From positions 184,576,001-184,640,000 of the forward strand of contig NC_086097.1 of NCBI RefSeq assembly GCF_963921235.1: 64,000 nucleotides of DNA. The letters are read 5' to 3'. The translations under genes were made by a program, and so were the position numbers. Positions within the stretch are counted from its first letter, which is position 1, and every line of letters starts with the position of its first letter. Shown here one piece after another: positions 37,725 through 51,037 of the stretch. The notes beneath the pieces were generated by a model that saw only the letters and a program-made list of their open reading frames with translations, had not been told where the DNA came from and made no database searches. The DNA is from Mobula hypostoma. Lineage: Eukaryota.

Positions 37725-40700
37725 GTATCTTTTTCCCAGAGTCGAAATGTCAAATACTAGAGGACATGTGTTTAAGGTGAGTTGGTGACAGTGCAAAGGG
37801 GATATGTGCGAGGCAGGTTATTTTAAACAATGAGTGGTGGATGCATGGAATGTGATGGTAGGAATGGTGGTGGAAGAAGATATGATAAAGATACTTTGGA
37901 TTAATGTAATTCAGAGAGGCATGTGAATATGTAAAGAATGGGGAGATATGAATCATGTGCAGGCAGATGGGATTAGTTTAATTAGGCATCATTAGCTTAA
38001 TTCCAGCTTCGGAAGCTAGAATCAAACAGAGCTCTTGAGGATTATAAAGAAGCCAGTAAAGAACTCAAGAAGGGAATTAAAAAAGGCAGGAGGGACTATG
38101 AAAAGTCCTTGGCAAGCAGGATTAAAGAGAATCCCAAGGTATTCTACTCATATATCAGGAGCAAGAGGATAACAAGGGGTGAAACGCGATGGTGGAGAAC
38201 CCAAGGGCAGATTAAGGTTTAGAATACACTCAGACTCAGAATAAACAAGACAACATTCTGGTGACCCAATCAGCTGAAGGAACAGGCCACAGTGATGAGG
38301 TTTCTCGTAGGTTGGCCAAACTCTCTTAAAGGGAGAGCTCCACGGGCATTCGGGTTCATTCCAGCAGCCCAAATCAGTGGCAGGAGCAGAGCACAGCAAG
38401 GCTTCACCCAGGCCGGTGACACTTGTTTAACAGTACAGAAGGGACAAGCAGGGCAGCCATTGTTGTGAGTAGGCCAGTGGAGTGTCAGGCTTTGTCTCAA
38501 GGGAGGCCTCGGCTCGAAAGAGGTGCTCTGAGTAAGTTTCTGTTCAGGTTCCCTTTTTTTCTCTTACTGTACCTAGTGTAGTAAATGGCCACTGTGTGTT
38601 CTTCATTCCGGATGTTGGAGTCCTGGGGGACCCAGAGCCTCCCAAGGAACTACATTTGCATGAAGTGCATCTGGCTGCAGTTCCTTGAAGACCGTGTTAG
38701 GGATCTGGAGCAGCAGTTGGAAGACCTTTGGCTTGTATGGGAGAGTGAGGAGATAATCGATCAGAGTTACAGGGAAGTAGTCACACCTAAGTTGCAGGAG
38801 GCAAGTAGCTGGGTGACTATCAGGGGAGATGGAAATGTGAAATAGCAGTTAGCACAGAGCACCCCTGTGGCCATTCCCCTCAATAATAAGAATGCCATTT
38901 TGGATACTGTTGTGGGGAATGACACGGAGACCATGCTCACTACTGGCACTGAGCATGGGTCTGTGGTGTAGAAGGGAAAGACAGAACAGAGGGGAGTGGT
39001 AGTGATAGGGGACTCAATAGACAGAGGAACAGATAGGAGATTCTGTGGACATGAATGAGACACCTGAATTGCCTCCCAGTTGCCAGGGTCAGGGAGGCCT
39101 CAGACTGCGCCCACAGCATTTTGAGGAGAAGAGAGAGCAGCCAGATATCTTGGTACATATTTTGTATCCATGACACAGGAAGGAAAAGCAACGAGGTCCT
39201 GAAAAGAGAATTTAGAGAGCTAGGCAGAAAGCTGAGAAGTGGGACCTCCAGGGTAGTGATTTCTGGATTGCTGCCTGTGAGACATGCCAGTGAGGGTAGA
39301 AATAGGGCAATTTGGCTGATTAATATGTGGCTGAGAAGCTGGTGCTGAGGGCAGAGCTTCAGATTCTTGATCATTGAGATCTCTTCTGGGGGAGGTATGA
39401 TCTATAGAAAAGGGACCGGTTGCACCTGAATCTGAGGGGAACAAACATTCTCACGGGCAGGTTTGTTAGAGCTGTCCTGTGGTGACACAGGACGGTATAT
39501 GACAAAGTCAGCATGGTTTCCTTAAGGGCAAATCTTGCCAGATGAACCCGTTGGAGTTCTTTGAGGAGATTGCAAGTAAGACAGATAAGGGGGACATTTT
39601 AGATGTACATACTTTCCATGAAGGAATGTGGCTGGTAGTAATTACAGTCTGAGTTTAAAGGGACAGTAGCAACTAACCATACTCTGGGGAACTGGAGCAC
39701 TGAAATTTGGATGTCTACAGCTGTTCAGTCAGGACCATGACGGAAAAGAAGTATAAAGGTGGAAGCATTTGTTTGGATGCAATGAATGTGAGTGAGGTCC
39801 TTGATGCGTACTTTACATCAGTGTTTTCCGAGAAGGACATGGACAACAGAGACATCAGTGTTGAGAATACTATATGCGAGGGCATTTCCAAGAAAAGGAG
39901 AAGGTAGTGTTGCATCTCCTGAAGAGCATTAAAGTGGATAAGTTTCCAGGGCCGGATGGGATATATCCCAAGTAACTGCGAGAGGCAAGTGAAAAATTTG
40001 TTAGGGCTTTGACCAATATCTTCATGTCCTCCCTAATCACAGGTGTGTACCTAATTTTATTCCACTGTTCAAGCAGGGAACCAGGGATAATCCTGGAAAC
40101 TAGAGACCAGTGAGTCTCATGTCATTGTAAGTTACTGGAGAGAATTCTCAGGTTTCGGACTTATGAGCATCCGGACAACCCTGGCCTAATTATGGGGAAC
40201 CAGTATGGCTTTTTGAGGGGCAAGTCTGGAGATCCGTGATCTGTGGGGTGTTTCACAAGTACGTCTACTGGGACCTCTGTTGTTTGCGATATGTTTCAAT
40301 GACCTGGATGAGAATGATGGGTGAGTTAGTAAGCTTATAGATGATACAAAAATTGGTGGTGTTGTGGCTAGCATGGATGACTGGCAAAGAATACAGTGAA
40401 ATATAGATCATTTGCAGATATAGGTAGGGAAATGGAAGATGGAGGTCAACCTGGCCAAATGCACCATGTTACACCTTGGTAGATCAGCTGTAAAGGAACA
40501 AACAGAGGAATCTTGGGGTCCAAGTTCATTGTTCCCTGAAAGTGGTTACAGACGTTGATAGGATGGTGAAGAAGGCATGTGGTACGCTTGCCTTTATTAG
40601 TCAAAGCATTGAGTTCAAAGGTCAGGAAGTTACGGTATGTTGCAGCTTTTTAAAACTCGGCCACATCTGAAGTATTGCATACAGTTCTGGTCACTCTATT

Positions 40701-41250
40701 ATAGGAAGGATGTCGAGGCTTTGGAGAGGGTGCAGAAGAGGTTTAGAACATATGTGCTATAATGAAGTTTGGACAAACTTGGGTTGTTTACTCTGGAGCA
40801 ATGGAGGCAGGGGGGAGATCTGAGAAAGGTTTACAAGATTCAGCGGCTTCAATAGAGTAGGCAGACAGTATTTTTTTCCTAAGGTCGAAATGTCAAAAGG
40901 CATACATTTGTGGTGAGGGGGGTAATTTCAAAGGAGATATGAGGAGCAAGATTTTTACACAGAGAATGGTAAGGGCCTAGAATGGTCTGTCTGGGATGTG
41001 GTAGAGGCAGATGCATTAGGGATATTTAGATCTTTAGAAAGGCATATGAATTTGAGGAAAATAAAGGGAAATGTACATTGTATAGGAGAAGAGATTAGTT
41101 TAGTTAGCCATTTGATTACTAATTTAATTGGTTTCATCAACCATTGTGGGCCTGATGATTTGTTCCTGTGCTGTACTTTCCTGTGTTCTGTCTAATTAGT
41201 TTGGCACACCATTGCAGATTGAAGGACTTGCTCACGTGCAATATTGTTCT
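37725..41250 (+). mobile_element. Cluster of CR1 fragments, including 5' UTR/ORF1 (38270-39470) and RT/3' pieces
   Basis: MATVCSS...YICMKC...LEDRVRDLEQQL; VIGDSI; RVVISGLLPV; CR1 RT and 3' motifs. Confidence 0.85.
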
Positions 41251-41858
41251 ATAAGAACAGGTACAATATGAAGATTGAAGGATAACAAAACAAACTGCCA
41301 GTGAAATTGGCAGTCATACCTGCTAGTAGATAGGAATATTCATGAATACAAAATCCAATCTTGCACACAGCTTTTCAAGTAGCCTCAAGACAGTTCTTAC
41401 AATGTGGAGAATATGGAAAAATTCAATTTAAAACTCGTGTAATCAACTTCAAACCAGTCTCTAGTGGTCTTATTTTTGGTTTCCACTGCAAATCAAGTGG
41501 ATGATTCAATATCTGACTGCCAAAGTGGAAGCGAATTCAGACAATTGCCACCATGCCATTGGATATAATTATTCAAATAGTTTTGAGGATGCATCAACAT
41601 TTCAGAATCCCATCCTCTTGTAGAATATTGAGACTGCTAAACTGTTAACTCCCACAATGTTTGTTCTAGGATATTGAATTAGTGATAAGGGAACAGGGCA
41701 GTTATGTTTCTAATTCTGGACAGTGTGTCCTTTGGAGACAATGCTATGGCTGGTCTTGTACTTCAAGATCAAATTCTTGGCAAGTTGCAACTACATTGCT
41801 ACCAAGGTACATCGATGGCAACCAAAGGCAATGTTCAAGTTCTTGGATAAGATGCCAT

Positions 41859-43395
41859 GTGCTATGTTTTGTAACTCCAGAAACTAATTGAAAGAAAGTC
41901 ACGGGAGCTGGGAGACAAGTGATACTTGTCTGGGAGCTGGGAGATGGGAGACAAGTGTCTACTTACTTTTACTTCAGTGAGCCGCACAAATATGATATGG
42001 TGGCGTGATGACATAAAACATTCATGAACTGCGCTTCTTACATATAACCTGTAATGAAAACAACAAGAATGCTTAATAAAACAATATATTTGCAATGTTA
42101 CTCAACTGTCCCATTCAGGCCTAAAAATTTAATCGCTGTGAAGGATTTCTTACTCTTGTGGGAAAGCATCGTTCTTCACAAGGGGGGAGGGTCACTCTGC
42201 TTGGCAGCTGAGACTTTTGCAATGAAACAATCTCAGGTTCTGGGATTTCCTCTGCGATGTTCTAGGAGTTGACTCTGAGACTGCAGGAAGTAGTTCTGAC
42301 AGATCTGGACACTCTTCTTCTCTAATAATTGACTCTGTTCTCCTCCGTTGATCGATGTGTTGTCCCTAGATGACATGAGATGTGATCTCCACTGTGCATG
42401 AGAATGGTCCAGTTCTGTCCTTAATTTTTCCAAGCACCTACTTTTGATCACCTCTGTACTCCAGGACTACTTGTCCAGGAGTGAAACATCAAACCTCCTT
42501 GTTTGTGTCAATTTGTCTCAGCTGTTTGTCCTACATACCCCTTCTGAGATTGGGTTTGAGGAGACCCAAGCATTAGCACAAGGGGCGACCCGGGAACAGC
42601 AACATTCATGAGTTGTTGGTTGTAGAGTGTGCAGCAGTATGATATGCAGGGAGGAAATCAGCGAGCTTGTGTTTCAGTTTCACTGTAGTATGTTTTGCTG
42701 ACTCTGCTCACAGTGTGTTCTTTAGACCCTGGAAAAACCTTTCCACTAAGCCATTTTTAGCCTATGGTGCAGATGTAACATGTCTGATTCCATTCATTTC
42801 CAGGAGTGACTGAACTTTTCTGGTATTTCCTCTTCCAGGGGTAAACAGGACAATTCATCAGCATTTCCATGATTAGGCACCCTCTTGAATTCGATCTTGT
42901 AATTGAGACCTCCAGGAAACAGAGCCCATCACTGTGTTTGTGCCGCTGCTGTTAGCGGAGCACCTTGTCTGTGGATTGAAAATGGACACCAGCGGTTGAT
43001 GCTCAGTAATGAGAGTAAACTCTCTCCCATACAAGAGTTGGTTAAAACGCTTTATACTCCAAACCAGACTCAAGGCCTGTCTGTCAATGTGTGCATCATT
43101 TTTCTCTGCAGCGGTAAGGGAACATAATGCAAAGGCTATGGGGTGTTCATTTCCATCACTGATAGCATGTGACATGACTGAACTTATATTAGCTTCACTG
43201 GATGATTGAGATCATAATGTGTGAGTACAGGGTCTGATGTCACCATTTCCTTTGTACTTTGGAAAGCCACCTCACACTGCTTTATCCATTGCCATTTCTC
43301 CCCAATCTGTAGTAATGAGTTCAAGGGGTGGAGCACATTAGTCAGGAACCTGTTATGATAATTGACAAATCCTAAAAAGGACTGCAACTGTGACA
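41859..43395 (-). mobile_element. Gypsy LTR retrotransposon remnant (RT/RNase H, integrase, probable 3' LTR ~41859-42105)
   Basis: SQLQSFLGFVNY...LTHYD (43184-43396); EHPIAFA...LYGREFTLITEHQPL (42873-43175); integrase tail FPTRVRNPSQRLN. Confidence 0.85.
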
Positions 43396-46384
43396 AGTGC
43401 AGATAGTTGGTCCACTCTCACAAGTCTCTCACTGGCCTGAGTTTATCTTGCCTAATCTGCTTTCCTCTCCTGGCAGGTTTCCTTCATCATATAGGCTGGA
43501 GCCTAGTGGACCACCAGTAAGTCTATTTATACTGAATAAATCACTTGAGTGAAGAGAAAATCTGAGATTACAAATTCAGCTCAAACCACAGCACACACTT
43601 TTGACATAAAAGACTTAAATTCACAGTCAATGAATTACATGGGATTATACAGGATAACAGTTTGGAAACAGCTCATTTGACCCAGCCATGACTTTTATTG
43701 CCTCAGAGCATAGCACCAATCTGCTCTCTTTCCTCATCTAAATTTTGTAGTGTAATCATGCATTCTAATCCACCTTACTTGTTTGTCCAGCCTTTCCCTA
43801 CGTACATCTATACCATCAATATCACTGTGGCAATGACTCCTACTTTTTGTTATTGGCTGAGTAACAAAGTTTCTTCTGAAAGCCTACTGACCTGAAGATT
43901 ACCACCAGCATTTTTCTGTGTTTTTTTATATCTTATTTAACGATCAGTCCTCCAGCTTCTTCCCTCAAAGAAAAAATGACACAGCTTGATCATATTTTCC
44001 TTGTGCTTATACCCTTTAAATTCTGCCTTCAGCCTTCCCAGTCTCCAGGCTTCTTTAACACAGTTGCTGTATGCTGACTAGACCTGTCTGCAGTACTGTC
44101 AGTGGGATCCAGTCAAGGGTACTGTAGAATTAATGCACTTCTCCCCACTTTCTCCCCATGGACCAAACTCCAACACAATCATGAACAAAGCTGCTAATAA
44201 TTGAAGTCAAAGTTGATGGAAAGCTGGGACCAAATGGGGAGGTGATCCCTACATGCCAGGTTTCCCAAAAATGATTAAGTCATAATTAAGTATAATTTTA
44301 GCTCACTTACCAACTTCTCAAATTGACAAGACTGGTGAGAAATCAGTGATGAACATAGATTATCACCAAGCACTTTCACCACAAAGCTTTGGTCTGCATG
44401 TGAATGTATGCAGTTTCACACCATCCAATTTACAAGTTGCTTTAAAAATATCCACTAATAACATGTGATTGAAGAAACTGACATGCAGCGACACTAATAA
44501 AACAAACATGTCATGTCACAGTCTTGATGGTTAATGCAGGCAAGGCATAACAGAGTTACAGTGCAAGGGAAAAATACACTTGATTATTTTAGAATATTTA
44601 AAATATATCTAAGGGGAGAATTTCATGTATTTCATATTTATAACAATTTATTTTGTTTGCTAGGTTTAAAAATTAGATTGTATAGATATTATTTTACTCA
44701 TCATAAATTCACAAGGAAAAATAATGAATATAAATACTGAAATATATCACAATAGATGGATATTTAACTCATACTTCACGTGATGAATGTTTGCAAGAAA
44801 GATCTGTGTTTACAATTATTCCTGGTTTTAAGTGAATGGTCCAAGAACAGATCAGCAGCAAATGCACATCTGTTTAATATCAATTGCAAAGTACGCTGAT
44901 TGCAAGCCAAGAGGAGCCATATTTCTGCTGGCAAGTCCAGTCCATCTGTGAGTGTTAGCAGCTGGCATCCAACTGTTAGTAAAAAGGCCCAACACAGTCA
45001 TCGTCTTCTTTGTAATTGTAAAATCAACCCTGGGTTTAGGTAATTCTGATTCAATTGTATGTACCTTTCAGCCTGACTCTGGTTAATTAAAGAAAATACC
45101 AACAGAGCATTAATGGGGAGGTATAGCAACAGAGGTATTTGCTAAGTTTAATACTCTCCACATAACAAATGCAAATAATGATTCAAACTGGAGTTGAAGA
45201 AAGTTTTTTCCCACTTTATACTGAAAGAGGTTGGATCACTTGGGGTGCTGAGCCGGCTTGGAAAGGTCAAGAACTATTCCTTCGGCAGCTATTCACCAGT
45301 GGTGGGGCTGGGTCCTAGTGTGAGGTTTAGACAACTTAAGTGCTAACCCAGATAGACTGGGGGCTTCTTTCTTCACTAAGGCTGTGAGACTGCCCCCTGG
45401 CTGCAGTGTGGTGTGCCTGCAAACTTTGCAGTGATTTGCCCCACTAATATGATGGACTAAATACCAAGACTTTGGGCCTACTCTGGACTGCTCGGGGGAT
45501 TTAGATGTATGGGAATACTGTGGTTGTTGCTTGCTTCTATTCTTTATATGATCTGTTTCGTTTTCTTTTCTCCTTCTTTCTCTGTGGGCACTGGCAGATT
45601 GGTATTATTTTATTAATCGGGTTCTTTTGGGTTCCTCGCTTTGCGACTTTCTGTAAGCAAACAAATCTCAAGACTGTATACCTTAAACAATCTTTGAAAA
45701 TAAATGCACTTAGAAACACTTTGAAACTTGAAGCAATTCCTGTTGCCGTTTTATGTAGGGTAATGTGATAGGAAAATGGACATCAGTCTGTTTCAAATAG
45801 AAAGTTATTTGTAGTATGCTTATGATTGCAGACAGGGACATAAGAACATAAAGCATGATACCTGTATTCTCTCCTCTTTGTAACAGAAGCGGGGTGGGGT
45901 TAGCTAAGCAGCAGTCCTTAAAGTAATTCACAAGATTGATAAGGAAATAGTAATTTTATTTTGTGTACTGTAGAGCAACAAAGATATTCTCTTGACCAAT
46001 AAATAAATTCAGGGTCATTATTACCCTGACCTGCATAACCCCTTCCTTTGGACTCAGACAGTCAGTAAAGTTAGCAGGGCAATTGATAGATATTTCTTCT
46101 GCTCAGAATTAGTGCACAGTGATACCTGTACAGTTGAATAACGCCACACATCAGCTTGCCAATGGCCTGTGAGTGTTATGGACTATCGAAGTCACTTGTT
46201 GTATGTAAGTATGGGATTTTTTAAAAATTAGGCTGTACTGTATGCATTGTAAATATCTGTTTTGTCTTTGACTGGAGTAACACCACAATCTCATTTTCTT
46301 GAATAATGACAGTAAAGTTCTATTCTACTCTATTCTATCTGTTCAGTACACAATCTGCAGCACATAAATAAATCCTGAGGCACA

Positions 46385-46700
46385 ACAACAGACAATAGAT
46401 GCAGGAGTAGGCCATTCAGCCCTTCGAGCCAGCACCACCATTCACTATGATCATGGCTGATCATCCACAATCAGTACCCTTTTCCTACCTTCTCCCCATA
46501 TTCCTTCACTCCGCTATCTTTAAGAGCTCTATCTAACTCTTTTTTTGAAAGAATCCAGAGAATTGGCCTCCTCTGCCTTCTGAGGCAGAGCATTCCACAG
46601 AACCACAACCCTCTGTGTGAAAAAGTTTTTCCTCAACTCCGTTCTAAATTGTCTAACCCTTATTCTTAAACTGTGGCCTCGGGTTATGGACTCCCCCAAT
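46385..46700 (-). mobile_element. CR1 LINE 3' end
   Basis: TRGHSLRIRVRQFRTELRKNFFTQRVV. Confidence 0.9.
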
Positions 46701-46829
46701 GATTGCTTTGGTTTCAGACAGACAAGGAAGACACAGGCATATTCTGTTCTGCACCCATGGTTAAAATCACACAGTGTCATAAATCGACAATATGTTAATT
46801 TGACATCCATTCCTCCTGTCCTCTTAAAT

Positions 46830-47057
46830 GTAACCATACTATTCAAGAAGCAGTTTTTTTTTCTTAGAATTCTGGCCAACACTTTCCATTGAGCTCTAGA
46901 AAACATCTGGTTCTAATCTCATTGTTGATTGTGGGAACTTGTGTCCAGATTAGCCGCAGATATTTCCCGTAACACACCAGTAATTGCACGTAGGATGTCG
47001 AGAATTGCTTTAGGGTGAACTGAGACTGTGGAGAGGACTACATAGTTTATCTTCTTT
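46830..47057 (+). mobile_element. Deu-SINE (SacSINE1/AmnSINE-like) remnant
   Basis: actattcaagaag...ctggccaac...atctggtt...cattgttgattgtgggaacttg resembles the Deu-domain as recalled. Confidence 0.55.
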
Positions 47058-47849
47058 TATTAAATTTTGATATGTTGTGCAGTGGGTTAGTAAATTTGAT
47101 CCCTCTTGAATATTTCCATATTTTTAGTGAAGTTCACACCACCCTACTTTTAAAGTACACAATGTTTATTATTACCACCTGTCTGAACAGGATGTTTCAT
47201 GTTCCCCTGCTATGTTTCTTAATTAAAATTACACTGACTGCAGTTTGTAGATGGATATATGTAAATTATCTCACAATATCATTCATAACAATTTCTGCCA
47301 TTTCTAACAATTTCACGCTGATTCAATCACCTGTTGCCATCCTATAAAAACAAAAGGTTCATAGACAATGAGTTTCATCCGGAAATCAGTTTAAAGGTAT
47401 TAATGTATGACTTTCACATTGCCAGGCCATTGCAGGAGCCTTCCTATAATTTATTTTTCTGACTTCTGCCATGTTTTTCAAAAATCTTTTTGCTAAGATG
47501 TATGTGCTGCCTTCTTTCTATTGTTGTGGTTCAATGTCACAACTGTTTTCCATTATGTATTCCCTTATACCTCTTCATGTACAAGAAGCAGTAAAACTAC
47601 AATGTGTGATGGCATTGAGTTTCCTGACCGCAAAGTTCTAAATGCAAACACAGACCTTAAGCCCTATCAGATAGAATTATCACAAGTAATCTCCCTAAAC
47701 GGAGGTTATACTATAACCACCCAATCCTCAAAGACTAGCTTATTTCTCTGTGTATTCCCTATGGAGAGTCTAGCTACCAATGCCCACTATTCGAGTGGTG
47801 GGTGCCTCTCCCTATCAAGAAGAAGTTACTTCCAGCAAACAAAGTAATA

Positions 47850-48097
47850 AAGTAAAGTTGTTCTTTACTTCATCCCTCCCACCCTGGTTTCACCTATCAC
47901 CTTGTGTTTCTTTCTCTCCTCCCCCTACCTTCTAACTCTGACTCCTCACCTTTTATCTCCAGTCCTGATGAAGGGTCTTCTCCTGATAGGTCGACTGTTT
48001 ACTCTTTTTAGAGATACCGCCTGGCCTTCTGGGTTCCTCCAGCATTTTGTGTGTGTTGCTTGGATTTCCAGAATCTGCAGATTTTTTTCTTGTTTGA
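47850..48097 (+). mobile_element. Penelope 3' fragment with degenerate hammerhead (47961-47996) inside the LTR
   Basis: agtcctgatgaagggtcttctcctgataggtcgact; ccagcattttgtgtgtgttgct. Confidence 0.8.
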
Positions 48098-48633
48098 GTT
48101 TAAAACACATTTCATTTACTTACAGAGATACACATCTAAATCCATACATTTAGAACTCATAGAAAATTTCTATCTTAAACATTTTCAAATTAAAAACACT
48201 TAGAAAACAAAAAAATTATCAAAACATAAAGGATTCAGGATTTCTTAAACTCAAAGGGTAAAGAATTTCCAAAACACAGGTACAATTCCTATAATCTTAA
48301 AAGACATACCACGATGCAGACAAACAAGTCGTCCATCGCAGAAACTGAAGCTGGAAGAATGGTTTCTTGTTGACTCCATGTTCCTTCCAGGATTCTTCTT
48401 GACGTTGTTTACCCCATTCCTATAAGTTTGAACTGCTGTCTACATTGGAACCCTTTTTCTCACACTTGGATGACTTCACAGGCATACAATATTTCCTCAG
48501 GCATCCTTTTAACACAAACAGTTTAAAAGCATTTTGGAGACATAGATCTTAGCTAGCTTCCATTAATGTTGTAAAGATAACTTTTTTGAGTACATAAACC
48601 CTTCAAACTATAAGCACATCAGTTATTGATGTG

Positions 48634-49260
48634 AACATAGAATATAGAAATTTACAGTACATTCCAGACCCTTTGGCCCACATGTAACCTACTCTAGAGA
48701 TTGCCTAGAATTCCCCTAGCGCATAGCCCTCTACTTTTCCAAGCCCCATGTACCTATCCAAGAGTCTCTTAAAAGACCCTATTGTATCCGCTTCCACCAC
48801 CACCGCCGGCAGTGTATTCCATGCACCTACCACTCTGTGTGAAAAACTTACCCTTGTCATCCCCTTGGTACTTATTTCCAAGCACCTTAAAACTATGGCC
48901 CCCCATGTTAGCCAATTCAACCCTGGGAAAAAGCCTCTGGCTATTCACACAATCAATGCCCCTCATCATCTTATACACCTCTATAAGGTCACCTCTCATC
49001 CTCCGTCACTCCAAGGAGAACAGGCCAAGTGCACTCAACCTACTCTCATAAGGTATGCTCTCCAATTCAGGGAACACCCTTGCAAGTCTCCTCTGCACCC
49101 TTTCTATACCATCCACATCCTTCCTGCAGTGAGGTGACCAGAACTGAACACAGTATTCCAAGTGGTGTCTGAACAAGGTCTTTTATAGCCGTGACATTAT
49201 CTCACGGCTCTTGAACTCAATCCCACGGTTGATGAATGCCAACAAACCATACACTTTCAT
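48634..49260 (-). mobile_element. CR1 3' fragment inside the LTR
   Basis: MRGDLIEVYKMMRGID; WNTLP. Confidence 0.9.
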
Positions 49261-49490
49261 TTCTAATATCATGTGCTAAATTATATTATCCTTCTGCTTT
49301 GTAAGCTTCCTTAAACAAAGCAACTTAAGAGTCAGCTTGTCTGAAACAACCTATTGTCTCATACTGCATCTTGAGTATCAATAAAGTAGGTGTATTAATA
49401 AAAAGCTAGCATCTGCTTTTCACAGTGGGAGCACCTGCAAATATACAGAGTTTGTTTACAAAGTTGTTCTATTGACAATTCTTTTGTTCC

Positions 49491-49673
49491 TCCCTGTACC
49501 TTGTGGTGCAATGGGTGGCAACTTTGCTGCTTCTTTTGCATTTGTCTGCTTTTTGTGAGGCCAAGTAACTTGACACTCAAGACAGCTACTTTGCATGCAA
49601 GAAGCCGGCCGAATTCGAACCTAAGACCGCACTCCTCGAAGTCTGATGTGGATGCCACTACACCAGCAGCCGG
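49491..49673 (-). mobile_element. tRNA-derived SINE inside the LTR
   Basis: Minus-strand A box TGGTGTAGTGG and B box GGTTCGAATTC. Confidence 0.75.
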
Positions 49674-49891
49674 TTCCATAGACAATACTTGGTTTAACTT
49701 CAACCTGTTTACTGCTTTCCATTTACATTTTATGAACTGAAGACTGACTCCCGTTTATGACCAAAAGGTAAACAGCTGTTAGTTAGATGTTTACTTACAA
49801 CTATTTTTGGTCTTAAAGTGGCAGCTTGTGTTTATAAAGCAAGCTTGGCAGACATGAAATCTCCTGCACAGAACACGGCATATCCATCACA

Positions 49892-49905
49892 CCACACCCC
49901 CCTTT
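49892..49905 (-). promoter_or_regulatory. Polypurine tract abutting the 3' LTR
   Basis: Minus strand AAAGGGGGGTGTGG immediately 5' of TGTGATGG. Confidence 0.75.
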
Positions 49906-51037
49906 GTTAAGTGAAGGTTTCTAACCCAACTTCTTCCTAGTGAGATCAATTTTGAAATCAAGATTCCTCTTGGAAACAGACTATTACTCCTCCACCCATT
50001 CCAGCTGGTTACCAGTGCTAGTAAAGGCTCTCTTCACTCCAGTGCTCAAAGAACTTACTGAAACCAATGTTGAGGTTTTAGGATGATGTTCTCTTTAGAA
50101 TATCCACTTCCTCCAGCACACTTCCCAAACCTCAAAGAACTTCCAGCATTATAATTTTCCATAAACACATGACAATGATGCACCAAAGTCCATATTATAA
50201 GTCCATATTAGTCTATCTTCAAAATCTTCTTCCCCCAAAACCATTTTTACCATTTCCTTCATGCAAGTTCAAATCACTGTCTCTGTCACCGTGAGCTTAT
50301 CAGATCAGCCGGCCATGTCTTTCAACAAGCTGAAGATAGTTCACCTCTTTCACAGAGGTGTTCATATTGTTTTCAATGTGGTGCACAACTTGGGTTTCTG
50401 GAAGACAAGTCTTATAAACAAGTTACTAATCATATACAGCTGACTTCTTTTGCCGAAGGATTAGTAAATTCACATTTTTATTATTGAAAATTATATCCAT
50501 AATCTACATGACTTCACTATATAATAATACACTTAAAAATAAAACATTTACACTACAAAAGTAAGAAATAATACAGTTCTCCTGTTGAGAATTCTGTCTA
50601 TACCTTTAATGCTAAACTCTCATTGAAAAAAAGTCGCATTGTAGGGGTTGGTTATTTTCCATTGGTATGCTGTAACAACATTTTAATTCCAACCATAAAG
50701 TCTGTTTACTTTTCTCCCCATTTTTGTAATCCTGAACTCTGTCTGTGATTGTTCAGGTCTTCCCCCTTTATTCTATTGAGGATTGGGCCTAAACTGAGAA
50801 GAATTGACACATCTTCCCAACTTTTATGTTTTCCCAGGAAAATTTAACTGAGTAATGCTACTCTGTCTATTCTGACAAACCATGGAATTTTATCAACCAA
50901 ATACACTAGTTGTTCTGGTAACATTAAATATAGTACAAATAACAATATTAATAGGCTCAGAGGTCCTACCTGTTGCATTGTTGGAGTACCACATACATAA
51001 TATATGCTTATGCCCAAGTAATCATCAAATAGCAACA

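Larger units (their letters stand above)
47605..49891 (-). repeat. 3' LTR of the provirus (~1.2 kb after removing three nested TEs)
   Basis: Perfect 8-bp inverted termini TGTGATGG (47605) / CCATCACA (49891); two other copies in the window. Confidence 0.82.

Noticed and set aside
45161..45176. Sox-Oct composite site
   Set aside because: Octamer ATGCAAAT is present but the Sox half has non-canonical orientation; expected by chance
49610..49673. tRNA gene
   Set aside because: A and B boxes are present but the cloverleaf is poor and a SINE body follows
49892..50577. Extending the LTR to CACTACA at ~50577 as a 3-kb solo LTR
   Set aside because: A PPT and a perfect inverted terminus at 49891, plus the start of the 8479 copy, fix the boundary earlier
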